From: Callorhinchus milii
Taxonomy: Eukaryota
Assembly (NCBI RefSeq): GCF_018977255.1
Contig: NW_024704742.1
Location: 24,306,001 to 24,370,000 of the forward strand
DNA: 64,000 bases
Direction: 5' to 3'
Shown: in pieces, positions 25,061 to 37,835 of the stretch
How positions within the stretch are numbered: position 1 is the stretch's first letter
How the letters are laid out: every line of letters starts with the position of its first letter
Notes under the pieces: model-generated
The model's input: the letters and a program-made list of their open reading frames with translations, nothing else
What the model was told of the DNA's origin: nothing
Database searches by the model: none
Translations under genes and position numbers: made by a program

Positions 25061-26640
25061 CTCTGTGTCCTTTTGAAACAGAAGACCACGGTTATTATCT
25101 TATCATTCCTCATAAATCGACTGTCTAATAATGAGGATCGACCCCATTGCATCGTTTGTTTGTGGAACACTGCTGTGCGCAATTGGCTGCCGCGTTTCAC
25201 CCACAAATATACAGTCAATTCACTTTACAGTATATTCTGTGAAATGCTATGAGACATCTAGAAGATGTGATGGGTGTAATATCAAATGCAAGGATTATTA
25301 TTACATTGCTGTGCGCAAATTGCTCCTGTGTTCACCTACAAACACACAGTCACTATACTTTGAAACGTCTTGACAACCAAATGCAAGGATTATTATTGCT
25401 TTTCTCAGTACTGCTTCTTGGGTCTGGATGACTGCCTCACATTGTGATGACTTGGACTTCACTCAAATTCTGGGAATCTGAGTCAACTGATTTTGCAATA
25501 TAGCCAGTATCCTGTTCACTTTGTTCATTGCTGCCTCTCACTGCTTGGACATGCTGAGCAAGTGGTAAACTAACACATCTAAGTCGCTTTCAGTTTTACC
25601 TGTAGCAAGTTTAATCTCATCCACAAGTTCAAGTCCAATCTGTTTTTTACTCTATATGTAGCAGTTTGCATTTGTCTGTATTAAACTATATTTACCAGGG
25701 ATTACCAAGTCTATACCCTGTCATTATTTTTGCATGATCTTGTCTGCCTCTTCTGATTCTGACATTGACCGGTTTACTGATGTCTAGAAATGTAACTAGC
25801 TTTCCTTATTCGCACAAGTGCATAAAAGTGTATAAAAGCTTGCTGGAATTAATGTAATATTCCATAGGGATTAAGTCAGGAATCTCGTAAAGTAGGATTT
25901 AATGCTTTTGGAAAAAAGTTTTGAAGTGGCCTATTATCGAATGAACTCCGTAGAATTTTATTTGGTCGGTGGATTTGCTTGTGCAGATATCCAAGAAAGA
26001 CGCAGGGAATTGCTTCTGATTGAGGAAGAGTACCTTTGACAGCAAAAATGATTTACTGAATTGATGGATGTTTGTTGAAAAGTTTCCTTTCACTTCAGAC
26101 ATTTTCACTGACAGACGGCGCCATCCTTACTGCATTCTGCAATCTAATTGTCTTGCCCTCCCTTCGCATTTAACTTTGCCTGAAAACCTTGTTCGAACTT
26201 GTTTTACATTGAGAGGCATTGTTTTCTGGCAGAGTATAAAATGTTCAGTACATCGATGGATGAACGTTCCTGGTTACATTCAGAGTTTTGATCAACTTAA
26301 GAGCTTGATCAAGCCATTCTGATTAAATGTTTGAAGTGACCAAAACTGTCCTGGCCAGCCCCATCCCACGCAATAAAATTGGTCGTTCACTTTATAGCCG
26401 TTTATGGGACATTGCTGTGCCTAAATTGTCGCATTTGCCTACAATCACTGCACTTTACAAAATCATGGGAGGCCATTTATGATATCTTGATGAAGTGATA
26501 TGGCGCAATATCAATGGAAGTTTTACAATTATAACATTTATAATTATAAAAAACATTTGTGTGCATTTTGAAAAAGAATTCTTTTATACTCTACTGTGTA
26601 ATCAAGACAGCGTTATTACTGTTCTCTTGTGTTTTTTAAG

Positions 26641-26743
26641 GTCAAATCGATGCATTGTCGAGGATATTCGGTCAGGAAACAGTGAAACTTATGGATCTGA
26701 GATCCTGCGGGATCTTCTCAAAATATTACCAGAACCAGAAGAG
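26641..26743 (+). CDS. FHDC1: FHDC1-family coding exon 3 (FH2)
   Basis: TTTTAAG|G TCA...; (R)SNRCIVEDIRSGNSETYGSEILRDLLKILPEPEE|GTAAGA; 103 nt, phase-compatible. Confidence 0.95.
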
Positions 26744-26751
26744 GTAAGACT

Positions 26752-27142
26752 CAACAACAACAACAACAAGATTCCATTTATAGAGCGCCTTTCACGTCAG
26801 GAGGACGTCCCAAGGCGCTGCACAGTTGGGTCATGACCCGAGCATTGGGGAAATGGTCAGGGTGAGGGGAGGGAAGGGAGCGAGGAGGGGGGAAATGGTC
26901 AGGGTGAGGGGAGGGAAGGGAGGGAGAGAGGAGGGGGGAAATGGTCAGGGTGAGGGGAGGGAAGGGAGGGAGCGAGGAGGAGGAAGAGAGTCGAGAGGGG
27001 AGCTGAAGGCACGGTCAAAGAGAAAGGTTTTGAGACCGGCCTTGAAGAAGGAAAGGGAGGAAGCAAGGCGAAGGCACTGGGGGATGGAGTTCCAGAGCCT
27101 GGGGGCTGAGAGGCTGAAGGCCCGACCACCGATAGTAGGGCG
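26752..27142 (-). mobile_element. L2 LINE 3' end, same family as 12183-12879
   Basis: Reverse complement aligns with about 12590-12879; (CAA)n tail; a 3' UTR segment of about 38 nt is triplicated. Confidence 0.9.
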
Positions 27143-29425
27143 TCAGCAATAAGTGTGTTGTTTTCTATTAATGCCTAAGATATTGTGAAGAGCCACTTAC
27201 AATGATAATAGTGTCTTGTCATGTCAGGAAGACAAATCAAAGCTCTTCACAAGATTTTCCTGTAAATGGCAGTGATTGAGTTTTGTAATTGAACATGGCA
27301 GCCAATTTGTGTGCTGCAAAAGCAGCCGTGCAGTAAATGACTAGTTTTATCTGAGGTATTGTTAGTCCAGGACACCAAGAGAAATTTTCCTGCTTTTCGA
27401 ACAGATCTTTAATATCCAATTAGTTTGAGACTTCCTATATATTTGGTAAATAATATAAAATCTTTAACCACTGCTCAAATCGGTATTTTGATTGAACGCG
27501 TAGAATATTGTCGTGCCTTGCTTGGCAATCTTCCCGAAGAGTAAATCGCTAAAATAGTGATGCACTAATTTAGATGACTTCATCTTTCCCTAGCAATTTA
27601 TCCTCCAACCAATTAGCTAATCTATTTAAAGCAAAATTGTGGAACTTCAGTGGCTCCTGTCAATCTGTGAGGAGTTTGAGTTTTAAAGCTGTCAAACAAG
27701 CAGATGTTTTAACAGTTGTTCTGGCAGATTATTTGCATTTTACATGAACTGGAAGTGTACAAACTCATCATCATTTCTGACCTCAAGCGAGCTTAGTTCC
27801 TCTTCTAATTTCACTAATTACTGCTTACAGAGCGAGATCAGTCTTGATTCAGATCAGTGGATTTTTTTTTATCCCTTCCAAAAACAGTGACTTCACTTAG
27901 CAAGTTTCAAATTGTTTTCCAGTAGAATAACTTCACAAACCCTTGGATGTTTAGAGTTTGCTGCCCTTATAAAATCTACCCCTCCCATGTTACATGTCAT
28001 TGTGCTGATGGTTTGCAAGGGAGTGGGGAGAGAAGGGGAGAATGGAGACAAGTGAGCAACTTCTCATTCAATGTCACCTTTTGCCAAGATTCTTGGAAGT
28101 GAGTGTGAATAGTTGAGTTGTTCTTCCTCTTCATTTCGCTACATTTTCTCCGTATCTCCTGCAAGCTGTCTGTCTCTTTCTGTCTCTCCCTCTCCCCCAC
28201 CTCTCTCTCGCTCTCTCTCTCGCGTGTGCACATACAGAGCATGGCATTTTAAAAGAAAAAGGCATCAGCAAAATGCAATAACTTGAATAATGTGTGTTTT
28301 CTTAAAACATTTCTTTTCCTCCCCTCCCTTTCCTTGCGTCTTCCTGTGTCTTTCTCAAAATGTGAAAGGAGCTATATAAATGTAAATTTGTATTGTTTTG
28401 GTGGCGAGGGCTGAGTGGCGGTCTGATCCCAGGCAGCTGTCAGTGCTGTTGTCTAGGTGGCTGCCAGAAAGTGGGTGAGAGCAGCTCAAGGTGACTAAGC
28501 TAACAGCTGGCCTACATTTAGAGCCTTCACTTCATGCTTCTTCTCAGCAGTGCAGTGGCCAGTCATCTACCAGCACATTGTGTACAGTGGTACCCCATTC
28601 AACCAGGCTGAGGGTCCAAGGAATTATTCATGGAAGTCTTGAGTAAAATTATATTTCAGATTCCCTAGTAGCAGAAAAGAGAGGATTGAACCATATAACA
28701 GTGCTCCTGTTAGAAAGTACTGTGATCTGTTAAGATGTCAGACTTTCAGATTTCTGCAATCTTTACAAATTTAGAAAGGTTTTGCTACTGGTTAAAATAC
28801 CTTGGATGCTGGAGGAAATTCATCATTTGTTTTGTGATATGGAGGTTATGAGAAGGTCCACCTTTCACTGAGCGGCTTTTACTGGTGCCTGATGTCTTGA
28901 GTTCTACTTGCTCAAGCTCTTCCCTCAAACCCTTGCTTATCAGATGTCAAAGTAGTAACTATCATCCAAGGAGGGGGGAGGTAATCGGGGTCTCCTTGGA
29001 CCCGAATAGGCTCCAAGGTGACATGTTTGGCAACAGTGTCTGAATTGAGCCAACCCTCTAGTGGTCTCAGTAGTTCACAGTCCTCCAGGGCACTGCTGAT
29101 GACAGCCTGTTCCATCGGCAGGATTTGGAAGAGCAAACCAATCACTGGGGCCAGAGAATCGTTCCGCTCAGCTCCTGTTAACCCTGCAAGACAAAGCTAG
29201 TCAGAGTCCAGCAGCAAATTCTGGGGTCCCCAAGCCTTGGCTCTTTCAACTTGCGCCTAATACTTTCTGGGATTAGGTAAACTGGAGGCTGTCTTGCTTT
29301 GGGAAGGGGTGTTGCTGAGCTACAGTGGTGCAGACCTTGAACTACATCTCAGGGTACATCAGATGTGAAATCTCGTTCACTTAAGTCCTTCCTGAAATGA
29401 AATTTGAATTGGTTTCTGATTATTA

Positions 29426-29739
29426 TAATAATAATAATCCTTGCATTTGATATAGCGTTTTTCACGTCGGGAGGACGTCCCAAAGCGCTTCACAGAACAC
29501 ACTGTAAAGTGAAATTGATTGTATATTCGTGGGCGAACTTGGCAGCCAATTGCGCACAGCAATATCCCACAAACAGTCGTGGATTGAAAATGACCAATAT
29601 ATTATTGTTTTTTTTGGAGGGATTATTATTAGGCGTGTGGAGTAAGGAAACTTGCCCAAGGTTTCGCCCTGTCTGGAATTGAACTGAGGTCTCTCGCTTG
29701 CAAAGCGAGTGCTCTAACCACTGAGCTGCAGGACTCCCC
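29426..29739 (-). mobile_element. Full-length young tRNA-derived SINE with target-site duplication
   Basis: Same family as 7196-7518; flanked by direct repeat CTGATTATTA at 29416-29425 and 29740-29749. Confidence 0.92.
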
Positions 29740-30544
29740 CTGATTATTACCAGTCTGCATCAAAAAACAGCATTAGCAAGTGTTAGATCCCAAATTATTT
29801 TCCCATAACATCCAGTTTAGGAACACTAATTCCTAATCTGGAGTTAAGATATTTAGGTTCTTGCCTTTTAAAGACCAGTTAATTTGGGATAAAATGCACA
29901 TGGGCAAGTACAGTGCATAGTGTAAGTCTTACCTGCATAATACTTCTCAAGAAAATGTTGTTCTTAAACTGAACCTATTATCTTTCCATACTTGTTCCAG
30001 CCGAAAGTCAGATATGGGTTGAGACCCCGGATTTGATGATGTTGCGAATGCAGAGTTTCCTTTGTTTGGTTTCTGTTGGACTCAGTTTACTGTGAAAGTG
30101 TCTAGTGCTAAACTTAAGAGATTCCTTCACTGGTGCTGGGGTGATTCATTCAGTCTTGGCTTTTGAACATCAATACTGTTCTTAACTTGAAATCCTCATC
30201 ATGCACAGGTTGTTCAGGCAGCTACTGAAACTTGACAACCTTGCTCGGCAGACTACGTGGTGAAAGAGCATGAATCAGTTTCCAAGTTATGAGAGATCCA
30301 CGTGAAAGCTGAGTCTTCACATTTCGACTCTTTGAACTTGTAATCTGAAGTTGCTTCCTGTGAAAGCTATGACCATTCTTGCTCCAGGCTCTGGGAGTGG
30401 ACGCACTTTACTGAGTATGTCACTCAGATGTGGTGGTCCTGAGAGCACGTTAGTTTGTGTTAAAATTGGCAGAGAACCGAATTACTTCTCTTGGGATCAG
30501 TTTTGATTTTTGTTATTCTTGGTGAGATTTGAAACAAAATATCT

Positions 30545-31145
30545 ATATCTTGATCTCTTTCTCCACCTCACCATCTTCTATTCCAACATAATCTTGGTGG
30601 CCCCAGGCTTCTCTTCTCCACTACCAACTGGCTCCTCCGTCCATTCTCTCCTCCAACTGCGAGGAGATGCTGGATTTCCTTGAGACCAAAATCAAGGGGA
30701 TCCGTTCGGCCGCCTCCACCCTCCCAACCAGCACCCCCTCCCCATCTCTCCCTCACACTCCGCCTCCTACCCATCCCTCCCTCCACACCTTTGAACCTGC
30801 CTTCCCTCCTCCTCATCACTACTATAACCCACATGAAGCCCACCATCTGCTCTCTTGACCCCATCCCTACCCCTCTCCTTACCTTCCAATTCCTCCTCCT
30901 CGTCCCTTTACTCTCAGACCTTATCAACCTCTCCCTGTCAACTGGTACCGTTCCTACCCCCCCTAAAATCAACTGTCATCATCCCTATCCTAAAAAAGCT
31001 TCGCTGGACCCATCCCTGCTCACTACCTACCGCCCCATCTCCAATCTTCTTTTCCAAGGTCCTTGAAAGAGTTGTTTCCCAGCTTCACTCCTTCCTCTCC
31101 TACCACTCCCTTTCCAAACCCCTCCAATCGGGTTTCCGGTTGCTT
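30545..31145 (+). mobile_element. Degenerate L2 ORF2 internal fragment (approaching RT domain)
   Basis: Frameshifted peptides MKPTICSLDPIPTPLL...LINLSLSTGTVP, VIIPILKK, YRPISNL, SKVLERVV..PLQSGFR are non-LTR RT hallmarks. Confidence 0.85.
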
Positions 31146-31521
31146 GGAACTTTGTGGGAGAATGTTTGAACATTAAACGCCACAGGTTTAACCTGCATTG
31201 GGATCTTGCTTTCATTGAAGTGTAAGCCCTTGTAGAGATTGATCAACGTAGATGGGCTTCCTCTTGATACATTCTTGATTTTCCAATGATGGCAAGGACC
31301 CAAAGCAAGTTAAGCTTATAGTATATGACGTGTGTCCAAACAGTTCTCCTTTATGATATTGTTGAGCAAAATAATCCCTGTATCAGCCATGTGTTCCATT
31401 AAGCAAATGATCTAAGTAGGTTTTCTCCTTTATGGTTGGGACTGGGCTTTGAAGGCATTTATAAAAACATTTCCACATATAATTCCACATGAACTAAGCA
31501 CACGATTTATTTATCTTGCAG

Positions 31522-31607
31522 GCAAAAAAACTGCAGGCCTTTAAAGGTGACTTAAGCAAGCTGTCGTTGGCTGATTCATTTATGGTCCTGCTGCTACAAG
31601 TTCCAAG
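31522..31607 (+). CDS. FHDC1: FHDC1-family coding exon 4 (FH2)
   Basis: CTTGCAG|GCA; AKKLQAFKGDLSKLSLADSFMVLLLQVP+AG|GTAAGA; 86 nt. Confidence 0.95.
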
Positions 31608-31705
31608 GTAAGATAATGATTCCTTGCTCTGGAACAATGCCTTGGATTTTCTTTTAATAAGCTCTAAGTGAATATTTGATAAATCTCTTTGCAACCTTGC
31701 TGCAG

Positions 31706-31806
31706 CTTTACTCTACGATTGGAAGCCATGGTTCTTAAAGAAGAGTTCGAGCCCTCCAGTATCACTTTGTACAAAGCAATGGAAACGATGAGAAATGCTG
31801 CACAAG
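31706..31806 (+). CDS. FHDC1: FHDC1-family coding exon 5 (FH2)
   Basis: CTGCAG|C; (S)FTLRLEAMVLKEEFEPSSITLYKAMETMRNAAQ+G|GTGAGG; 101 nt. Confidence 0.95.
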
Positions 31807-32555
31807 GTGAGGTTGATTTGGGCGAATTCCAAAAGTTGAGTCTCCAGGCTCTTCTATTCACTTGAATGAGACCGTGAGTTTATCAGATCCTTGGGACGTT
31901 CTCCTGAGATCTGAACAGAAATTTCAGTGTATTAATTCTAATGCGCCACAGGTCAGGAAAGACCTGGGTTCAATATCAATTGTGATATTTTAAAGAGAAT
32001 TAGATATGTGCAAGAAGATTATAATTTTAAATGGGTTTAGAGCGTTGCAGTGGAAAGATGGGCTGGTCTAGTAAATGGTCTTAATGGCCTCCTGTGCTGA
32101 AATTTCTGTTTCTAAATCTTTGCCTCAGTGGGACATTCACACTGTGGCTTCTTGTAGCCAATGAGTTACTGAACACAGTGCTGAGCAGGGACAAGGTGAT
32201 AGTGAGGGGATATCACAAGCATCAACATCTGGTTGTGTTCTTCCTCCCACTCCAGGGATTGTACACAATGATCTTACAATTACCTTTAGTGGTCATGGTT
32301 TTGGGAGGGGAAAATTAGACAGAGCTAACTGATCAGTGACACCTGCTGAACCAGGTATGCATGTGAGATCAGATGAAGACAAGATTGGTCTTGGATTGAG
32401 ATATCTATGTTGTATTTAACACCCTTTTATGTCTTTCATGAGACCCAACAGGTTGTGTGATTGCACATCTGAAGGTGTTGGTGGCTGTTGCATGATGTCT
32501 CACTCTGTTTTTACAGTGTCTAACTGAACTTTGTAATCTTGTTAATGTTTCACAG

Positions 32556-32626
32556 AATTGATGAGATGTGAAGAGCTGCATGCAGTACTGCATTTGGTTT
32601 TGCAAGCTGGCAATATTATGAATGCT
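32556..32626 (+). CDS. FHDC1: FHDC1-family coding exon 6 (FH2)
   Basis: TTTCACAG|AA; (E)LMRCEELHAVLHLVLQAGNIMNA|GTAAGT; 71 nt; contains the FH2 GNxMN motif. Confidence 0.96.
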
Positions 32627-32726
32627 GTAAGTGTTTTTTTAATACAATGCATATCGCTTCTAAACATCTTGCATGAAATTCTTGTACATTAACAACTTCT
32701 TCCCATCTTTCTCTCATTCTCTCCAG

Positions 32727-32834
32727 GGAGGTTACGCAGGAAATGCTGTGGGCTTCAAAGTTTCGTCATTGCTGAAGTTGGTGGATACTAAAGCAAACAA
32801 GCCAGGAATGAACTTGTTGCATTTTGTTGCTCTG
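32727..32834 (+). CDS. FHDC1: FHDC1-family coding exon 7 (FH2)
   Basis: [53 protein letters not shown]; 108 nt. Confidence 0.96.
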
Positions 32835-33196
32835 GTTTGTATTCAGACTTATTTTCATAATCATGAATGCTATCGTCAATCCTGTAGTTCATTGTGAAAG
32901 ACTGTGCGAATAGAGTTCCAGTTGTCCTAAGATTCTAGCTGAAACTGGAAAGCCATTTCCCATTGATAATAATGCCGTGTATTGAATGCAAAAATGGTTA
33001 ACCTTCATTTGACGTGCACCGTGGGTTTTGTTTTCACTGGCCATTGTTGGTAATGAATGTCTCGGAGTAAACTAATAATATTGACTGCTGCAAAAGGAAG
33101 GCGAAATGTGCTTTGATTGTGGATTGTGCTTTTTGTTCTCGTTTAAAAAGAAGGGGGGAAAAAAGTCAGTATCATCAAACTTTCTTTGTCGAATAG

Positions 33197-33267
33197 GAGG
33201 CACAGAAAAAGGACACGGCGCTGTTGGCATTTTGTGAAAGGCTGAAGCATGTGAAGGAAGCATCCAG
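33197..33267 (+). CDS. FHDC1: FHDC1-family coding exon 8 (FH2)
   Basis: GAATAG|GAG; EAQKKDTALLAFCERLKHVKEAS+AG|GTAAGA; 71 nt. Confidence 0.94.
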
Positions 33268-33639
33268 GTAAGACTAGGTGTTCAGATACTGCCCCGTGTG
33301 AAGGGTGCTATATAAATGCAAGTTGTTGTTGTTTAACACTCCAGTCATCCCCCGAAAGTTTTAAAGTTTGTCCAAAACAAAATTTGGCATCAGAGCAGGG
33401 AAGAAAAACGCTGTGGCAAAATCACTGAAGAAAATTATAAAAGTATTGAAATATCGATAATCCTTTTTTAAAACCTCCATTTAAGATCTTAAGTGGTGGA
33501 TTAGTGCAAATCTCTTGCAGCTGAATGTGGACACGGAAGCCATACTCCTTGGTTCCCATCAATCTTTAAGCGCTTTGGGACGTCCTCCCGACGTGAAAAG
33601 CGCTATATCAAATGCAAGGATTATTATTATTATTCCTAT

Positions 33640-34810
33640 GGGTCTGAACTCCTCAACTCCCTGGGCTCCCTCTCAGACTCACTGAACCAGTGCACAATCT
33701 AGGCGTCCTTCCTCCCCCACCTCCAGTCCCTGACCATGATCGCCTTCCTCCACTTCCGTCACATTGCCGCCACTGACTGTACCTTACCCCAAATGCATCC
33801 AAAACCCTCATGCATGCGTTTGTCACCTCCAGCCTGGATTACTCAAACGCGCTCCTTGCCAGTCTCTCCAGCTTCACTATTCAAAAAATGCAGCTCATTC
33901 AGAAATCTGCTGTCCGCATACTGACCCAGATCAAACTCTGTATCCTGTCTCACCAGTTCTGGCCAGGCTCCACTGGATCCCCATCACCGAACAAATCAAT
34001 TTCAACATCCTCACACTCGTGTTCAAATCCATTCACCATCTCACCGTCCAAGGATGCACACTCCACCTCACTGAGCCAGTCCGGAATCTTGGCATCTTGT
34101 TTAACCCTCAACTATCTTTTCTACACCCACATTTGTGCCATGAGCCGCTCTGCCTTTCCCCATCTCCGCAACATCGCCCGACTCCACTACTGTCTCACAC
34201 TGCAGGTCGCCAAGACCCTCATCCACGCTTTCATAACATCCAGACTATGCAAACTCCCTGCTTGTCGGCCTCCGCAACTCCTGGGCTGCAGATCATCCAG
34301 AATTCTGCAGCCCATGTCCTCTCCCCCCACCAGGTTCTGTGACCCTATTATCCCCATCCTCGCCCGACTCCACTGGCTTCCCATCACACAGAGGATACAG
34401 TTCAAGATTCTGATCCTCACCTTCAAAGCCCTCCATGGCCTTGCTCCCCCCCCCTATCTCTACGACCGCCTAACCCTCAACCTGCACGCTCCCTCCGCTC
34501 AACGGGCTCTGGCCTGCTTCACGTCCCCGCCTCGTCCACCCCACCATTGGTGGGTGGGCCTTCAGCCACTCTGCCCCCACTCTCTGGAACTCCATCCTGC
34601 AGTCCTTCCGCCTCGCCCCCTCCCTTGCCTCCTTCAAGACCTGTCTCAAGATCCTCCTCTTAGACTGTGTCTTTGATCAACCTCCTCCGTACCCTGCCCT
34701 CCACCCTCTCCGATCCCAACCTCCAGTTCAGGTTGGAATCGCTGATTGTCCAGCCCCTTGGGACGTCGCCATGATGTGAAAAGCGCTATACAAATGTAAT
34801 TTTGTTGTTC
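33640..34810 (+). mobile_element. Two consecutive degenerate L2 3' fragments
   Basis: The [23 protein letters not shown]...ARLHWLP block occurs twice (about 33810-34040 and 34140-34680); ends in L2 tail CCCTTGGGACGTCGCCATGATGTGAAAAGCGCTATACAAATGTAATTTTGTTG. Confidence 0.85.
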
Positions 34811-35470
34811 ACTGGCTGGCACCGCCCTACCTCTCCGACCTCCTCACTCCCCAATCCACCACCCGGATCCTCCACTCGACTAGCACCGGCCTCCTACTCT
34901 CCCTCGCACCCTCCATTGGAGGTCGCACTTTCAGCCACTACGCCCCAAAATTCTGGAACACCCACTCTCAATCCCTCTGCCTTTCCCCCTCCCCTTTTTC
35001 AAGTCCCGCCTGAAAACCTTCCTTTTCGACTGTTTATAATAATCCTATAATAATCCTTGCATTTGATTTAGCGCTTTTCACGTTGGGAGGACGTACCAAA
35101 GCGCTTCACAGAACACACTATAAAGTGAATTGACTGTATATCTGTGGGCGAATGCGGCAGCCAATTGCGCACAGCAATGTCCCACAAACAGTCGTAGATT
35201 GAAAATGACCAATTTATTATTGTTTTTGGTTTTGGAGGGATTATTATTAGGCTCTGTGTGGAGTAAGGAAACTTGCCCAAGGTTTCGCCCTCTGCCTGGA
35301 ATTGAACTCAGGTCTCTCGCTTGCAAAGTGAGTGCTCTAACCACTGAGCTACAGGACTTATGGTCACTTCCCCTGACCTACTGCCTCGGAGTCGGGCTCC
35401 ACCACTGTTAAGCGCTCTGAGATGCTACCCTACGTGGAGGGCACTAAATATGTGCAACTTGTTTTTGTTA
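34811..35470 (+). mobile_element. L2 3' fragment of a second subfamily, split by a SINE insertion
   Basis: L2-like sequence stops at CGACTGTTTAT (35037) and resumes at TTATGGTCAC (35358), ending AAGCGCTCTGAGATGCTACCCTACGTGGAGGGCACTAAATATGTGCAACTTG. Confidence 0.7.
35038..35357 (-). mobile_element. Young tRNA-derived SINE inserted in L2
   Basis: Near-identical to the reverse complement of 7196-7518; flanked by TTAT on both sides. Confidence 0.9.
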
Positions 35471-36911
35471 TAGTAGCTAACAATAGTTCACACAATTTTT
35501 TTTAATAATAGTACTTGCATTTGATATAAGGCCTTATTGCATTGTTGAGATGACTCAAAACGCTTCACAGAATACTATAAAGTGAAGTTACTTTGTATTT
35601 TGTGGGTGAAAATGTACTTAAAAAAAGTAAATTGGAGTGTCTTAAATTCTGTACTGCTTGCAAAGTTGCTCAATGCCCCGTGTCGCCTGGAAGTGATGCA
35701 CACAGACCAGGCATGCCCCAGGTTTCATATCTGTACTGCCGGTTTGAGCTGAGCTTGTTGGTCTCAACTGAGATAGTGGGGGAGGGGAGGTACTGATATT
35801 GGCATCAGTTCTCCTTGAGCTTGGGAAAGGAAAGGCTCAGCCAAGCTTCCAGTTCCTGATCACAATCTTGTTGACCTTTGCTAGAAAGTGCATGGGTGTG
35901 AATGTTGAGTGAGGCAGGTTCAGGATCAGGCTTGGTAGTGATGCCCCCTGTAATCGCAAAGCCTGTTGAAGCTCACTATTAAGGCGTGAAGAACAACTGA
36001 CTGATGCTGGTGGAACTCGCCCAGCTTGAACCAGCACTTACAAGAGAGGGGAGGGAGTGGAGCAAAACAGGAGCCCTTAAAATATCTACTGTGTATGAAT
36101 GTTTGATTTCCGTACTCAAAGGTTGCAGAATTTTAGCAAGATGTGAATTCCTGTTGAGCTCGGTTCCAGTGTCTCAGTGGCAGATTAACACTGTAGTACA
36201 TAAAAAGAACAGGAAACCGGAGCTCAGTGGAGGAGGAAATGCTGGAAAGTCCGTCTGCCACTTGGCTCCAGAGCAGCCTTGTTCTGACTGATGGTTTACC
36301 CAGTGGTCCTGTTAGTGGAGTAGCTGAATTTTGAGCCTAGTTCTCCAGCTCATCCCAATCAGAAGCTGAAGTGTAGTGAAGCATTTGCGTTTGCCCTTAT
36401 ATTCATTTATTTCCATCCCAGAACTGCAGTCTGCTATCTAAACATCAGGGTAACTGGGTTTTGTAATTGTCTGATTGTTCGTGTTGGGTGTGGCTGTCAG
36501 TGAAGTGCAACATTGATAAAGGAACAGGCACAGCAAATGGAAGTTGGCCATGTGTCTGGTATTTACTGAGTGCCTGTGGCACTGTGCCATTCACACCAGG
36601 AAGGTCCCAGGTTCAATCTCCACTCTGTTCAGCCCTCCACCCTTCCTGATCGCAATCCCCAAGTTGGGTGCAAATCCTTGACTGTCCAGCACCTTGGGAC
36701 GTCCTCCTAATGTGAAAGGCGCTTTATAAATGTAATTTTGTTGTTGAGTGTTCCCTGCTGGAAAGTGTGGTGTGAATATCTGCTGAGCACATGACTCGGT
36801 TTGGCTTTGATATTGTCCTAACAGATCAAGAGTCTATCATCACTGATGGTCTAAGGACTTGAACATGAAATTGAATAGAAGCAATTAACAGGAGAAGGCC
36901 ACATGTCAGAC

Positions 36912-37835
36912 TGGCTCAGTTGGTAGCACTCTTGCCTCTGATCGTGCTTTCGATCTCCCTGCTCGCCCCCACCCCCCCCACCCACCCGCCACACTAACCA
37001 CCCCCCAGCTCAGGTCCATAATTTTGTCTGTCCAGCGCCTTGGGACGTCTTCCCGACGTGAAAGGCACTTTACAAATGTAATTTTGTTGTTGAAACAGAT
37101 GGTTGTAGGTTCAAGCCCCATGTTGGGTCTTGGATCTCAGATAGTCTAAGCTGATGCTTCATTGCAGTGATGGGGATGAGCTGCATTGTTGGAGGTGCTG
37201 TCCTCCAGATGAGATGTTAAATCGAGGCCCTGTCTAATAAGAATAATCCTTGCATTTGATATAGCACTTTATCACAACTTCGAGATGTTTCAAAGCAATA
37301 TACTGTAAAGTGAATTGACTGTATATTTTTGTGGGTGAAATGCGACAGCCAATTGTGCACAGCAGTGACCCACAAACAGTTGTGAATTAAGTAACCAAAT
37401 TATTTTTTTTGAAGGAATTATTACCCAGGAATTACCACCAATCAACCAATAATGGGGTTCCTACTTACTGCTAGGGAAACAGGTGTGTGGGGTAAGGAAC
37501 CTTGCCCAACATTTTGCGCTGCCTGGGAATCAAACACAAGTCCTCTTGCTTGCGAGGCAAGTGCTCTAACCACTGTGCTACAGGACTTCTGTTCAGTGGA
37601 CGCTAAAGATCCCATGGCATTATTTGAAAAGAGAAGGGTGTTTCTCCTGTTGGACTGGCCAACAAACTGCCAAATTAAATTGGTCATTCACTTCAAGGCT
37701 GTTTGTGGGACATTGCTATGTGCAAATTGGCTGCCATGTTTGTACAAAAAGTACAGTCATTACACTTTACAGTATATCCTGTGAAGTGCTTTGAGATTTG
37801 TAAAAAAAAGTCATACCAATGTAAGGGTTAATAAC
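36912..37835 (+). mobile_element. Old full-length Deu-domain SINE carrying two nested insertions (L2 3' end 36942-37092; inverted SINE 37236-37588)
   Basis: Head TGGCTCAGTTGGTAGCACTCTTGCCTCTGA resumes at CAGATGGTTGTAGGTTCAAGCCCCA; body GAGGCCCTGTCT resumes at TGTTCAGTGGACGCTAAAGATCCCATGGCA. Confidence 0.8.
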
